A DNA stretch of 64,000 bases, taken from assembly GCA_020137815.1 (NCBI GenBank), contig CM035358.1, positions 7,440,001 to 7,504,000 of the forward strand, written 5' to 3'. Below are positions 27,587 to 41,321 of the stretch, piece after piece. How positions within the stretch are numbered: position 1 is the first letter of the stretch; every line of letters starts with the position of its first letter. The DNA is from Hormiphora californensis (lineage: Eukaryota > Animalia > Ctenophora). The notes under the pieces were generated by a model that saw only the letters and a list, made by a program, of their open reading frames with translations, did not search any database and had not been told where the DNA came from. The position numbers were made by a program, and so were the translations under genes.

Positions 27587-29904
27587 GAAATCCATACAAG
27601 ATATAAGCAATATTAGTATGTATAACAATAGTAGTAAATAGGTTTACGTAGTATTGTTACAATACAGTAGTAAAAGCATGCATTTATCCCCATTTATCTC
27701 AAACAAGTTGCAACCATCATACTAATAGCATAATATATGCCATTATTTATGATATTTGCAACTGGTTTGAGGCTTTTATCTCCCTGTTCGAGGCTTTTAT
27801 CTCCCTCGAGTAACGGTCCACATGGCATCAGTAAGTTTATCTCCCACCCCCACCCCCTCCACCCACCCCTCCACCACTACCTCGAGTAACGGTCCACATG
27901 GCATCAGTAGTTTATCTCCCTCCCCCACCCCCCTCCACCCCCACCCCCTCCACCCCACACCCTCCCTCCCCACCACTACCTTGAATTACGGTCGACATGG
28001 CATCAGTAAGTTTATCTCCCTCCCCCACCCCCTCCACCCCCACCCCCTCCACCCACCCCTCCCACACTACCTTGAATAACGGTCCACATGGCATCAGTAA
28101 GTTTATCTCCCTCCCCACCCCCCTCCACCCCCCCCACCACTACCTGGAATAACGGTCCTCATGGCATCAGTAAGTTTATCTCCCTCCCCCACCCCCTCCC
28201 CCCCACGACCCACCCACCACTACCTTGAATAACGGTCCTCATGGCATCAGTAAGTTTATCTCCTCCCCCACACCTCCACCCCCACCCCCACCCACCACTA
28301 CCTTGAATAACGGTCCACATGGCATCAGTAAGTTTATCTCCCACCCCCTCCCCCCCCACCCCTCCACCCACCATACCTTGAATAACGGTCCACATGGCAT
28401 CATTAAGTTATCTCACCTCCCCACCCCTCCACCCCCACCCCACCCACCACTACTGAATAACGGTCCACATGGCATCAGTAAGTTTATCTCCCACCCCCTC
28501 CACCCCCACCCCCACCCACCACTACCTGAATAACGGTCCACATGGCATCAGTAAGTTTATCTCCCCCCCCCTCCACCCCACCCCTCCACCCACCACTACC
28601 TTGAATAACGGTCCACATGGCATCAGTAAGTTTATCTCCCACCCCCTCCACCCCACCCCCACCCCCACTACCTTGAATTACGGTCCAACATGGCATCAGT
28701 AAGTTTTATCTCAGGCTGGTCATATTGTGAAAGATTCAAACTCTCTCCTGTCGAGAAGAGAGTCTCCGTTCAGGTCCAGACAGTGAATATGTCCGTTAGA
28801 GCCTTCCTGCGAATATTAATAATTGGTCATCAGATAAAACTTTATCTGTTCAAAGGGGGAAGAGAGAAATGATCGATATCTGGAACTAAGCTAGACTTGG
28901 GGAGGAGGGCATTTTTTATGCCCGCACGGTATATAACTGCATCAAATATGAGAATGTGTCTCGTTTAGAAAGTCTCTAAATTAGGTAATTATTTTATAGT
29001 TTAAGAAGTTGCCCCCGCAAACTCTAAACAAACCACGCAAACCTCTACAAACCTGCTTTGCGGTGTGTTAGGGCTCCCTTTTTATACAGATAGGGGCTAC
29101 ATCTTCCTTCTCCTCCTCAACAGCATTAACAAAGTGGGATGATGTTTATGCACCAGAGATCGTAATCCCCTTTACTAGATCACCACATTTCAACTGAACG
29201 CTGAGGGACGGGTTTTATGTGAGATCTGATACTAGTGGGATGTGATCTGATCAAATTTCAACTGAACCCTGAGCAATGGAGGGTTGGGATGGAGTTTTAT
29301 ACTTTTTAAAAACCGACTTGTTTATCGCATTTTCAATTTCTCAAACTTCAACTTTTAAATGCAGCAAACTGCTTTTAAATGGTTAAAAATGACTTTTTGT
29401 ATTGCATTAGGTAAGGCCTATTCGGAGGGTCCGGCAGAATGATATTAGTAGAGTGCAATATATTGGACCATGCAGTCGACTGCGCTCCTTTTGCAGGAAG
29501 GTGCATGTCTAACAATAACGCTATCAACCCAGCTAACATCCTCGCACCTTCATATGAGTGCTTTTAGCTATATAAAATCTAGCTTCCTGGGTTTTGCGTT
29601 ACATTCAAATTACAGAGTGTTAGTCACATGACCCCCTCCCGGCCCTTAACGTAACGTCAGCGTGCGACCCCCCCCCTCCTACAAAATGATTCTCCCCCCC
29701 TAAATGAGAGTTCTCGATTACCAAGCGACTATATCGCGGTTTGAAGCCCGATTAATATTGGATTGCATATAAATATTGGACCATCATATAATGTGAATTC
29801 CTTACCGTCCCGCCTCGTTAGCACTTTTCAGAAAAGAGTACATGCACTGTCGTCTCCTTCTCGTGGACTAGATATCAGCGTCAGATCGTTTCTCTGTTTC
29901 AGTT
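23660..29904 (-). CDS. EFCAB7: EFCAB7 3' exons, copy A (indel-rich, 5'-truncated at the duplication junction)
   Basis: Co-linear with copy B. Exons lie near 29806-29904, 29053-29201, 28675-28806, 27141-27287, 26139-26251, 25248-25354 and 23660-23760, with numerous 1-nt indels. Confidence 0.75.
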
Positions 29905-29937
29905 CCTGCAGGAGGGCAGCATGTTATTAACAATATA

Positions 29938-29968
<31 letters not shown>

Positions 29969-31247
29969 AGAGAGAGAGAGAGATAGTAGAGAGAGAGAGA
30001 GAGAGAGGGAAGATAGAGAGGAGAGAGAGGAGAGAGAGAGAGATAGAATAGATAGATAGAGGAGATAAGAGAGAGAGAGAAAGAGAGAGAAGTTTGAGGG
30101 GGTGTTTGAGTGTAACTCTTTTAACAAACACCATTACGACAAAAAGATCAGACGCTCGAACGCACTAACAGTTCTAATCTCATTCACTGATCTTCTCTCT
30201 TTATAATTGCGGTTATCTGTTAAAACACTCGTATTTGTATTTGTACAGTGAGTCTCCAGGGAAAATTGTATTGCCCTGTCGAGTTTCTCCTAAGGACCCA
30301 TTCCCCACAACCAACAGTGATAATTGCGGTTATAGTAACTGCTTTTGAGAAATTATAAGGAAATCCGTGGGGCACTGAAGCCGACACGTCTTCTCAATTC
30401 AACTTCTTAATCATAGTACTCGACGGAGTAGTAACAGACACCTTTAACAATATAGCAATATAGTAGCATTAACTATAGTAGGACATGGCTGGGAGAAAGG
30501 AAATTAATAAAAACCTAATAAGTAATCCAAGTTTGTCTCGATAGTGGGGCCGGTCTTACTCAACCCTGGTCTTACTAAAACAGGTTTGAGCAGTCTCAAC
30601 CGATAACGTATAATTATTTAATAACACACACCCGCCACACAGGCGCGACGCCCGGGCGTGACGCCACGCCAAGACAATCATAGCATTTTAGAAATAATGG
30701 CGGCGAACCGAACTTACTACACTTCCAGCTGGCGCTGGGTAAGAGAGATTTATAATGAAATTGTGGCCGTAGTAACATGAGTCACTAGCAAGGGATTTGG
30801 ATCTCTCTAGAGTAGCCAGGAACAACATATAATGGGAGTTGAACTAAGGACTCTGAGTGGCCATTAATTGTTACAACTGGTTTGTTCCACTAAAGCCTAT
30901 AGAAGGCAGAGTGGTGCATGTTCAGTGGTTCACTACACACTTTAGCCCACGTTTGCCACCGTACATAAAATACAGCCAGTCTTTTTAGGACTCGTGGTTA
31001 ACCACCCCTAGGTGTTCTGTCATTACTCAGCATCGGACCTATGTGCCTCCTCCCCTATGACATGCAACAATCAATAAGGGGAAGATAAGAGGGGCAATGA
31101 TTATATGATGATTATATCAATGATTATGTAATAACAAGATAATGTCTTTTATTGAAATAAGAATCTAATTTGAGTATGATAATATCATTGATATTTCAAG
31201 ATGAATTTTGATAACAAACGAATTGACCAACATTTTTCCATTGACAG

Positions 31248-34200
31248 TGGGTTCGTCTTATCTACCTTATACTGTGGCTGGCGGCTGTTGTCTATACCAT
31301 TTTCATCGTTTTTATCAGCGTTGGGAAATACATCTCCATGGAAACAGGTTGGTAACTAAGGAATGATCTCCATGGAAACAGGTTGGTAACTAAGGAATGA
31401 TCTCCATGGAAACATGTTGGTAACTAAGGAATGATCTCCATGGAAACAGGTTGGTAACCAAGGAATGATCTCCATGGAAACAGGTTGGTAACCAAGGAAT
31501 GATCTCCATGGAAACAGGTTGGTAACCAAGGAATGATCTCCATGGAAACAGGTTGGTAACCAAGGAATGATCTCCATGGAAACAGGTAGGTAACCAAGGA
31601 ATGATCTCCATGGAAACAGGTTGGTAACCAAGGAATGATCTCCATGGAAACAGGTTGGTAACCAAGGAATGATCTCCATGGAAACAGGTTGGTAACCAAG
31701 GAATGATCTCCATGGAAACAGGTTGGTAACCAAGGAATGATGTAATTTTTTCCCCGCCTAGGTGAATGCCGAAGGCATTCACTCAGATGCCTTTTGCAAA
31801 AAGGCATCTAGGGGTTTAGAATTCGACAATTTTACATACTAGTGAGGTGTCACGGTCACAAAACCGGCTGTAACACGCTCAGTTGCGAGGGAAACGGTGT
31901 TGCTCCTTCATCAAATGGTGTATCGAGTCTCACGTGGTTTATAAGAACCTCACAACAGGAACGAAGATCGAGGAACTAGTGAAGACGACGGCAGGGAACA
32001 CTAATAAAGATGCGATAACCCATCCTACGGTGACGGTCTGCCCTCACAACATTGTAAGCGCACATAACTGTAACATTGTAAGATCTGGAATTGTGATGGC
32101 GTCATGTTAACCCCATGAGTCAATTGGAACCGGGCATTATTTTGGCATTATCATTCCTCATTGGAAATTATAGATTCGAATATATTCGTGGGTTTTTAGC
32201 ACTGCAGGACCAAATGACTGACCAAATGACTGTGAATTAGTTCCTTCATATAATCTGCAGGTCAGTAAAGCGTTCCTGAATGCCAATGAGGACCTTGAGA
32301 ACCTGTTGCACACGATCAGGACAACGGAAACATATGAACTGAACTGGAACACTTCATGGGCAAAGTATGTTGTTGTCATGGTAACCAATAGTTGGTAACC
32401 ATGGTTACTATAACCATGGCAACCCTCTCCTGCAGGTATGAGAACTGGACATATCATGACATTATGTGGAAGGGACGACCCAGAATAGGACTTCTTCAGT
32501 GTGAACACTACAGGTAATATAACCCACATTCCAACCCTGAATTCTAGTTGTTGAGGGGGTGATCCCTGTATTAAGATCTCACGTGGTTCGAAGTTTGGCA
32601 TAGAATTCTAGAATTCATTTCCACTCGGTGTTCTGTCGCGTTGAATGAAAAGGCAGTTCTCACGTTCTTGGCCTCCTCTGGTAATCGCTTACCGATACTT
32701 TGATTCATATCAGACATCTTTGCAACGAAAAGGAGGAGTTTGCTAACCGAACAAGGAAACCTTACCATTGGGATCCTGAATACGATACACTCTCTCATGA
32801 CGCCTCCTTCGACTGGGTTAGTGAGACACTATGTAGTATGCAGCCATTTAAATGTTGGGTATCATGTGAGACATAATTTGTAACGTTTAGATCGCATAAA
32901 GGATGAAAACTTAAACTGCATGGGTTGATTTGAGATTTCAATTTGAATCAAATCAACTCATGCATTACTATTATCAATACCACAATCTATATCGATCATG
33001 GTCTGCAATGGTCATTTGGGAACATGACTATGTTTCATTCAATCTATGCTAATCCAGCTATACTTCTAGTTCATGTGTTGATTGGACAAGCTATACTTCT
33101 CATTTATTAAAGATTGTCATTTGGGACATTAGAAGTAAAGGGTCCGACTGGAAATACACAGTCCATTACATATTGCAGGAAGTCTCGCTGAGTCTGTTCA
33201 TTACATGTTGCAGGAAGTTTCACTGAGTGGGAGTTGTTATAGGATTAACCCGAGGGGATCCCTATTTACTCAAGTTGGAGACTATGGAGTGTTAAAACTC
33301 ACTTTCTTTACCGATCTCAATGATTACAGGTTAGAGAAATTTTCTTTCGACCTTTCTTTTTTCCCCCGTGGATTATGCGGGCGGCTAATGTGACGTGTAG
33401 CACCAATATCCACCAGTTGAAATATCTTTGAGGAGTTAATTAATTGTACAAGTACCTGGGCATGATCTTTAATTAATCCTGAAATTGAGTTGGAAATATC
33501 TTTGATAGCCATGGCTTTCATTGAAAGTTCTGTAATGCAGTTCTAGACATTTTAATTTTCTTAACTATGACATGAATTGGTAAAAAGAATTAGACAATAT
33601 TATATGAATTGGTAAAGAGAATTGGTAAAAAGAATTAGACAGATAGAATAGACTGAGAATGATTAGTGCCATTACTTCAGGTAGAGTGAGTACTGAGATA
33701 GACCATTGAACAAGCGTGAATTGCTGCCTAGGCTGAGTGCTAATTGCTTCTCTCCCTCATGCTTACTCCAATAAACTCCCTCTCGTTCTACACTTTACTC
33801 CAAAATATAGGCTACTGTTATATGGAGCCTATAATACTGTTATAATATGATCCATAACCCAAATACTATTGAATACCTTACTCTCGCTAATTAAGAAACG
33901 CTTTAGGAAGAAATTTTTTTATAAGAAACGGGAAATGTGGAAACACATTAAATAAATTTTGGGGTTTCTTAATTTTTGGGTTTCTTATTTTTGGTTTCTT
34001 ATTTTTTCAGTTTCTTAATAAACGAGAGAGTTTCTTATTTTTAGGGTGTCTAAATTTTGGGGTTTCTTGTAAAAAACATGATAATGAACTACATTAACCG
34101 TAGTATTATGCACTAAGCTGCAGGGACATCATACACACACATCACCCACACACATGATATTGATCAAGCCTGAACAACAGGTTATTGAGTCAATCGACCG

Positions 34201-37200
34201 TTCAACGGTACGAGGTGCCATCACTGATTCGTGCAGTTGATCCGAGGATCACGAATTCAATTAATTGAATTCTTGTAAAAAAGTTTATTATTTAAAAGTT
34301 TCTTGAAATATGCGAGCTTAATTAACGAGAGTAAGGTATATTAATTGAAGTAGAATTGACCAACATGGCCAAATCGACCTAGAAATGACCAAATCGACCT
34401 AGAAATGGCCAAATGACTTGTAGGACAAGGATGACAAAGAAACTGCCCACATGGTACTAAACACAACACTTCTGCAGTGCGTTTTCTAAGAAGGACCCTC
34501 AGTATGGGTACACGGTGGTATTTCACGACAACGGAACCTACTCCAGCACCATGACCTCCGGGTTTTATATGAGCCCAGGTAATATGAACATTCAAGACGA
34601 TATTTGAATCGTCCGGAGCACGGACACAGTGTCAGGCAACTCAAGACGATATAATAAGACCAGGTAAAGAAGATGAGACCAGGTAAAGAAGGCGATTCCA
34701 AGAAGATGAGACACCAGCTGTATCATATACCTCTCCTGCCCCCACCCCCCCCTGAGGTATGATACCCGGTCTCGGGGGCCCTGTACCTCTCCTTTGTGTT
34801 TCCTGCAGGCAACGTGTATAAGGCGGACATGAGGAAATATAAAGAGTTCAACATTGGACCACCCTACGGGAGGTGCAATCCCCACCTGAAAAGCAATGTT
34901 TACGGAACTTATTCCTCAAGCAGGTAACTGGGAGACAGAGAAAGAGATGAGTACAGCAGGTATAACTGATATAAACCGGCTAGAGATCAGATCGAGAAAG
35001 ATATAATGGTACTGCAATTTGACATGTACCCCAATTGGAAGAACTTTATACTTTATAGGGCAGCCCATGATTTATTTTGTTATCCTGCAGTTGTGTAGCA
35101 TTGACCCCTCACCCCTGTCTATATCCCGAACAGTTGTGTAGCACGATGCCGTGACCAGTATGTGAACGACATGTGTGGGTGTATTCATATCCTCCCTCCC
35201 CATCCGGAATACGAGCCTGATCTAAACTTTAGGAGCTGTACTCTGAAGGAATGGGTCGAATGTGGAGCTAGGGCTACCTTGAATTTTAGTAAGTCATGTC
35301 CCATGGAAATATATGATCTAGTGCAAAATCTTTGGTTATTTTCGATCACAATAGTTTTTACCTGTCGAGGGTGTCATCACAAAAAAGATGATAATTATTT
35401 AAATGGAATCGTTTAGTAATTATACATGATAAAGGTTCTTGCTTGTTGAGTAAGGGGGACTCAACAAGTTCTTGCCTAATATGTATATAATAAACGCGAA
35501 TGAATGCGAGAAAATATAATTTCATTTCGTTTAAAATATCCCCATCACATACAAGCGTCAAGTATATTTTAAAGTAAAATAGTAAATGCATAAGTATAAA
35601 TAGAATGAATTTTACTACCATAGATAGATATATTGATTCATATGACAAATGGTTTCATAAATGGTTTCATTATTTCAGCTGATAGATGCAGATGGTAATG
35701 GTATATTCAAAAATAAGTAATAACCAAATTATTTTAAAAATAACTCAACTTCTCAGCGGACCGGTTCGTAGATTTGAAAGAGGAAGCTTTGTGTGAATGT
35801 ACTCCTGCTTGCCAGGAAACTTGGTATGACGCAACAATCAGTAGCAGTCGACTCAGGTACGAGAAGGAGCTGCGAAAAACTTGGTGACATATATACCCTG
35901 CTAACTTAAATAACCCGCCAGTCCCACTAGCGCGCTCTCAATAAACAGCCAGTCCAGCGGCAGATTATTTCCCACTGGCAGGTTATTTATTTTGAACATT
36001 CAAAGTGTGTGTAAATGATCAGTTCTTACTAAAATACAGAGGGAACACTATGTGCAACACTTACACACTACATTGGAGAGAAAGAAAGGACACATTCCGT
36101 CAATTACTCTCTCTTTATCTCCCCTTTTGTCTCACTATCTCTTTCTCTGTGTTATTTGTGACATGCCCCTTATCAGGCTATTTCTTTCACTCTCTTTCCT
36201 TAGCAACTGCTTAGTAACTGTTACCAATCAGTGTACACTCAATTGTGACGTGTTTTTAACTATTTCTCAGTTCTCTTTGTGTGTTTTGATAGTGTTCTCT
36301 CTCTTGTTGGTGTGTAATACTTGAAATAAACAACTAAAGCAGGGTATATAACCCATAAACTCTGACCACTGGCACGTTATAGGTTTAAACCCCTCCGCCT
36401 CTCCCTCGGCTCCGCCTCGGGATCGTCGTCGTGACTTAAACCTGTTTATCCGCCAGCGGCGGATAAACTCCAGCTAACTTCTCCCAGCGGCGCGCTGGGA
36501 GAAAGTTATCTGAAATAACGCGCCAGTGGCCAGAGTTTATGCCTCATATAGACACCAAGTGAAAAACCTCTTCTTCTTTTCATTTTATTTCTCTCTTTTG
36601 TTCTCTTTCGCATACATGAAACCACATGATATATACGTATTCGCCGACCCCATCTGAGCGCACTGTCGAATCAGATTGGGGGCCAGACAGGGGATCCTTT
36701 GTAATAGTATGAACAATACAAGGGTTCCTCAGAGTTGTTAACAGACCGTATTACTATTTTCAGTAAATTCTATGCCAACGAAAAAGCGAATCCAGTGGAT
36801 GGTAGGCCGGCACAACTGTCCAGTATAGTAAACGGTTTTGGGCTGAATGAAGGGATAGAGGAGAAGTATACCATCACTAAGGAGACGGTATACGAGAATC
36901 TGATGGTGTTACAAGTTCTATTTACTAGTATCCAGGTGAGTGAGCTGTCATATATCATCTGGTGAGTGAGGTCATATATCATCAGGCCGCGTCTCTTGCC
37001 ATCTGCCCTATGCTCTGACCGCAGCTGTCTGGCGCCGAGACCCCATCTGAGCGGACTGTCAATTTGAGAATCATTTGGGGTATGGCGCCGCCATACAGGA
37101 CCGCTGTGAGACTATGATCAGGCCAATGTTCAATGCCAGACTACCTCAAATTCATTATCATGATTATAGAAAGGGGGAATTGCTGCGACATTCAATATTT

Positions 37201-37724
37201 ATTTCCCCGAGAGCACTCTAGTTGTCCTGTCAGGCCAGTTCTCTTTGACAGCTCTTTAGTTATTCAGGCCAGTTCTCTTTGACAGCTCTTTAGTTATTAC
37301 TAACCCCAGCTCAATCGAGTTACTGATTAGATCGCAATTCTATGGAATCCTAACCTGTCAGTAAAATACCAGTGAAATCAAATGAAACTTGATAATATGC
37401 GTTGACTCAACAACTAAAGTCATGTTTCATTTCTTTAAATTTTTGTTTAATAACACATCACTGACTATTATTAATTAATTAATTACTTAATTGCAGGAAT
37501 CCAACTACAAAGAGTACGTGAAGTACGACTATACCCAACTAATTGGAGATGTCGGGGGCCAGATGGGTATGCTCCTCGGAGCATCTCTCTTCACCATTAT
37601 AGAGTTCATCCATTTCTTTATCAAGGCAGCCTGGAGGTATTGTGTCAAGAGGGCCGCTAGAAGGGCGGGAGAGGGGGTGGAACGCCCCTCGTATGAGATG
37701 CACAGAGACCAGGTAGAGGAGTGA
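31248..37724 (+). CDS. DEG/ENaC paralogue 2, copy B: intact frame from TM1 to stop, lacks the start exon and the HG exon
   Basis: Exons 31248-31347, 31959-32053, 32261-32364, 32436-32513, 32714-32816, 33214-33329, 34478-34578, 34809-34923, 35134-35288, 35757-35856, 36764-36935 and 37497-37724. All phases are compatible. Motifs include HPTVTVCPHN, GSCYRIN, CECTPAC and LIGDVGGQMGMLLGAS. Confidence 0.92.
31332..31739 (+). repeat. 34-bp minisatellite spanning the ENaC-2 TM1-exon donor (12 units; ~9.5 units at 7630-7950)
   Basis: Unit is ATCTCCATGGAAACAG|GTTGGTAACCAAGGAATG. Confidence 0.95.
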
Positions 37725-39744
37725 ACGAACGATATCATGTGTTAAAGATGTGTTAACCATGTGTTAAATATGGAGTTCTAGGCTCATATATATGATACCT
37801 AAATAATATATATGGAATTGATATGATACCTAACGTTATTTTAGGTTCATTTTCACACGTGGGTGCAGAATCCACCTGTGCAAATGAACGATGCAGCAGC
37901 TGCATCACGTGTACATTTTATTAGGCACACACTTGTCAGTTGTATCATGAACTGTGTATGGACTCAGTCCATTGGACTGTCAACATTCCATTTCTACAGT
38001 GTCGTGTTAGTTGGTATTGGTCCTTTCTGTATATGAGCGACCCACTAGTTGAAAATTGAGTGAAATCGGGCTGAATATTTGTTTATGGATATGTCATTAT
38101 ATTTATATTTATTAAACTTTACAACTGCTTAAATTTATGGTGTTTGGTCAATGGATAAAGTTTGAATAATATACACATTATAATTTGCATACATTATACA
38201 GTCACATACACAATATACATATACGGGATCAACACATATAATAGTTCATACATACATTATATCAATAGTTATTAAGTATATTACTATTAACAAACACATA
38301 ACATGTAATAATATTAACACTTAAAACATCAACCTAAATTGTAGAAACAAATCCACGGAAAATAGCATTTTTCCTGCCCAGAAAATTTCTACGTTCCAGT
38401 ACTAGTAGTTACAGTAGTAGTGGTTACAGTAGTGGGGGATCCAACAACCGGATTTCCATCAGTAGTATGCTAGTGCAAAGCTAAAGTGGTGTATAACTCA
38501 TGCGGACGCAGTAGTAATAAAGGGTGGGGAGTAGGAGCACCCCATATCCCGCCAGTGACGTCACTACGTGACTAGACGTAGTAGTAATAAAAGGGCGGGG
38601 AGTTGGAGCACCTCATATCCCGCCAGTGACTAGACGCAGTAGTGGTAGTAGAAATTTTACTACATAAAAATTTTACTACATGTATATAATCTATTGAATT
38701 CTTGTAAAAATACGGCTTGACCTCATATTTTTGGGGGGCAAGCTAATTCCTTCACTAAATGTTAGCCAGGGATCTCCTCATATTCCTAAACCTAAAAAAC
38801 CTTACTGAATGAAGCATACCCGTTTGGTTAAAACATGTGGTAAGGTTTTTTAGGTTTCATTCGTTACACAGGCATCGCAGATCAAAATGGTTTTTACTAA
38901 AATGATCTCCTTATCAATACGCGTCGATTGACAAGAGGTTCGCCGGTTAGCCTAAAACATGAACCCGCCCCTAACACATGTACCCGTTTGGGGTTTTTGC
39001 GATAACTTCTGAACCTTACGTCATAGAAAGGTTTATAACCACTATACACCCCCTGTCCGGAGTACTGCTTTTTTTTCTTCTGTGTGTGTGTCGCAACACT
39101 GGAATCGTGCGCGTTCAGGGCATGTTTCAAGTTCCACGTGTCATAGCGTAGCCCCTAATTAGATTAACGAATAATTGTTCACACTAGGTTCAAGCCCAGA
39201 CAATTCCTAATACCGTAGATCAAGCCCGGACTTGATTGGATAAACACAAGCTAGGTTATGGGCTCTTTTGTAAAAGTCGTCATGATTCTGTACACCACGG
39301 AATCTGTCAACCTAGGCAGCTTCTCCGGCTCACTGAAAGAGTAATATCCCGAAATTCAAAAAAAGGCGAGATATGCCCTCTAGACAATTGTCTGCTGAAG
39401 AAGCTGGTGTAATTTTTTTCAAGATCCGACGTAAGACGTAGCCAGTTAGCTGTAACATTTGAAATCATGCTCATAATTCGTGTAGTGCGTAACCAATGCT
39501 GACACATTGAAGTCTAGCTTTTTCCGGAGTACTGCTTTTTCTCTCTCTGCCAAGAGGGCGCGTAGGGGGCTGTGTGTGGGGACTGTGAATGTGTTGGAGT
39601 GTGGTGCATCAAGGCAGTGTGTTTGGTATTCTGATTTCTGTCTCTTACACGACTTAGTGTACCGGATATTATAAGAGTAGAATGTTATTATACATGACAC
39701 ATAATGCTTCCTACTCCCCTCAGCTGTCCCGACCGGCGACCCCA

Positions 39745-40620
39745 CCCCTCATCTGCTCCATCTCTCAGCTAACCTACCCCTCATCTACTCCAACTACCAG
39801 GCACCAGATATCCTACCCATCATCTCCCTCATCTACTCCATCTCTCAGCTAACCTACCCCTCATCTACTCCAACTACCAGGCACCAGCTATCCTTCCCAT
39901 CATCTCCCTCATCTACTCCATCTCACAGCTACCCTACCCCTCATCTACTTCATCTCTCAGATACCCTACCCCTCATATAATACATCTCTCAGATATCCTA
40001 CCCCTCATCTACTCCATCTCTCAGCTACCCTAGCCATCGTCTACGCCATCTCTCTGCTACCCTGCCCCTCATCTACTCGATCTCTCAGCTACCCTGCCCC
40101 TCATTTACTCGATCTCTCAGCTACCCTATCCCTTATCTACTCTATCTCTCAGCTACCCTTCCCCCTCCCCATCTACTACATCTCTCAGCTACCCTGCCCC
40201 TCAACTCAGCAGTCAGCTACCTTACCCCTCATCTACTTCAACTCTCAGATACCCTACTCCTCATATAATACATCTCTCAGATATCCTACCCCTCTGCATC
40301 TACTCCATCTCTCAGCTACCCTAGCCATCATCTACGCCATCTCTCTGCTACCCTGCCCCTCATCTACTCGATCTCTCAGCTACCCTATCCCGTATCTACT
40401 CTATCTCTCAGCTACCCTTCCCCCTCCCCATTTACTAAATCTCTCAGCTACCCTGCCCCTCATCTCAGCAGTCAGCTACCTTACCCCTCATCTACTTCAG
40501 ATCTCAGATACCCTACCCCTCATATAATACATCTCTCAGATATCATACGCCTTATCTACTCCATCTCTCAGCTATCCTACCCCTCAGCTACCATATTTCT
40601 CAGGTACCCCAATACTCCAT
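39745..40620 (+). repeat. ~32-bp minisatellite (ctaccctgcccctcatctactcgatctctcag) in the left TIR
   Basis: Degenerate tandem array, mirrored at ~43060-43985. Confidence 0.9.
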
Positions 40621-41003
40621 CCTGCTAGATAACTGTAAGATCTTATTAGATAGAACTGTGACGTGTGTATGTGTGTGTGTTTATAACTGTGTCAATACAT
40701 TAATTGTCACTGAAAAGATAGTAATGTTGTTACTGTCCGAGTTATCTAGCTTATTCGGGTTTATAAATAAAAATATCAATATCCCCTATAACAAATGAAA
40801 TTTTCATTTGTTATTGGGGATATTTCTTTGAAAAGGGAGCAAGTGTACGGGTGTGGTTGTACCATAGTTTTGTGTTAGGACTATCCACTATAACTGTGTT
40901 ACTGTTATTGTAAACTTAAATTGTAAATTGTTTTTTCCATTTCAGTAACTGAAGGAGCTGCTAGTGCAAAACTATATGTGGAGGACTACAAAATATATAT
41001 ATA

Positions 41004-41321
41004 CCCAGTGGCATGAGTTATAAAATCTGCCGGAAATGTCTAAAATTTTATATCCGGTTTCTGCCGTTTTTTCTGTCGAAAATCGAAAATTTACTTGATA
41101 TATACCTGATTTCAATGTCGTTTTTACTCGCGTTGCCATTGCGCGTTTTTTTAGCGCCAGGAACCCTATTTTAAAGGTCTCGCCGCTTACATAAAGTGTC
41201 TGAAAGCTATTTGAACTGAGAATTCGAAAAAATTGTTAAAAATTACATTTGGTTCCCTGCCGGTTTTATAACTCTGCCGGTCCAAACCGGATTGGAAGAT
41301 TTGAACTTTTATGCCACTGGG
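41004..41321. mobile_element. MITE with CCCAGTGGCAT TIRs in a (TA)n tract (CMC/EnSpm-like ends)
   Basis: CCCAGTGGCAT...ATGCCACTGGG flanked by TATATA. GAGGACTACAA is repeated on both sides (40981 and 41332). Confidence 0.65.

Larger units (their letters stand above)
7420..30630 (+). repeat. Large tandem duplication, copy A (~23 kb)
   Basis: Continuously alignable to ~31105-60005. It starts in ENaC-2 intron 2 and ends at a (CA)n tract in an EFCAB7 intron. Confidence 0.95.
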
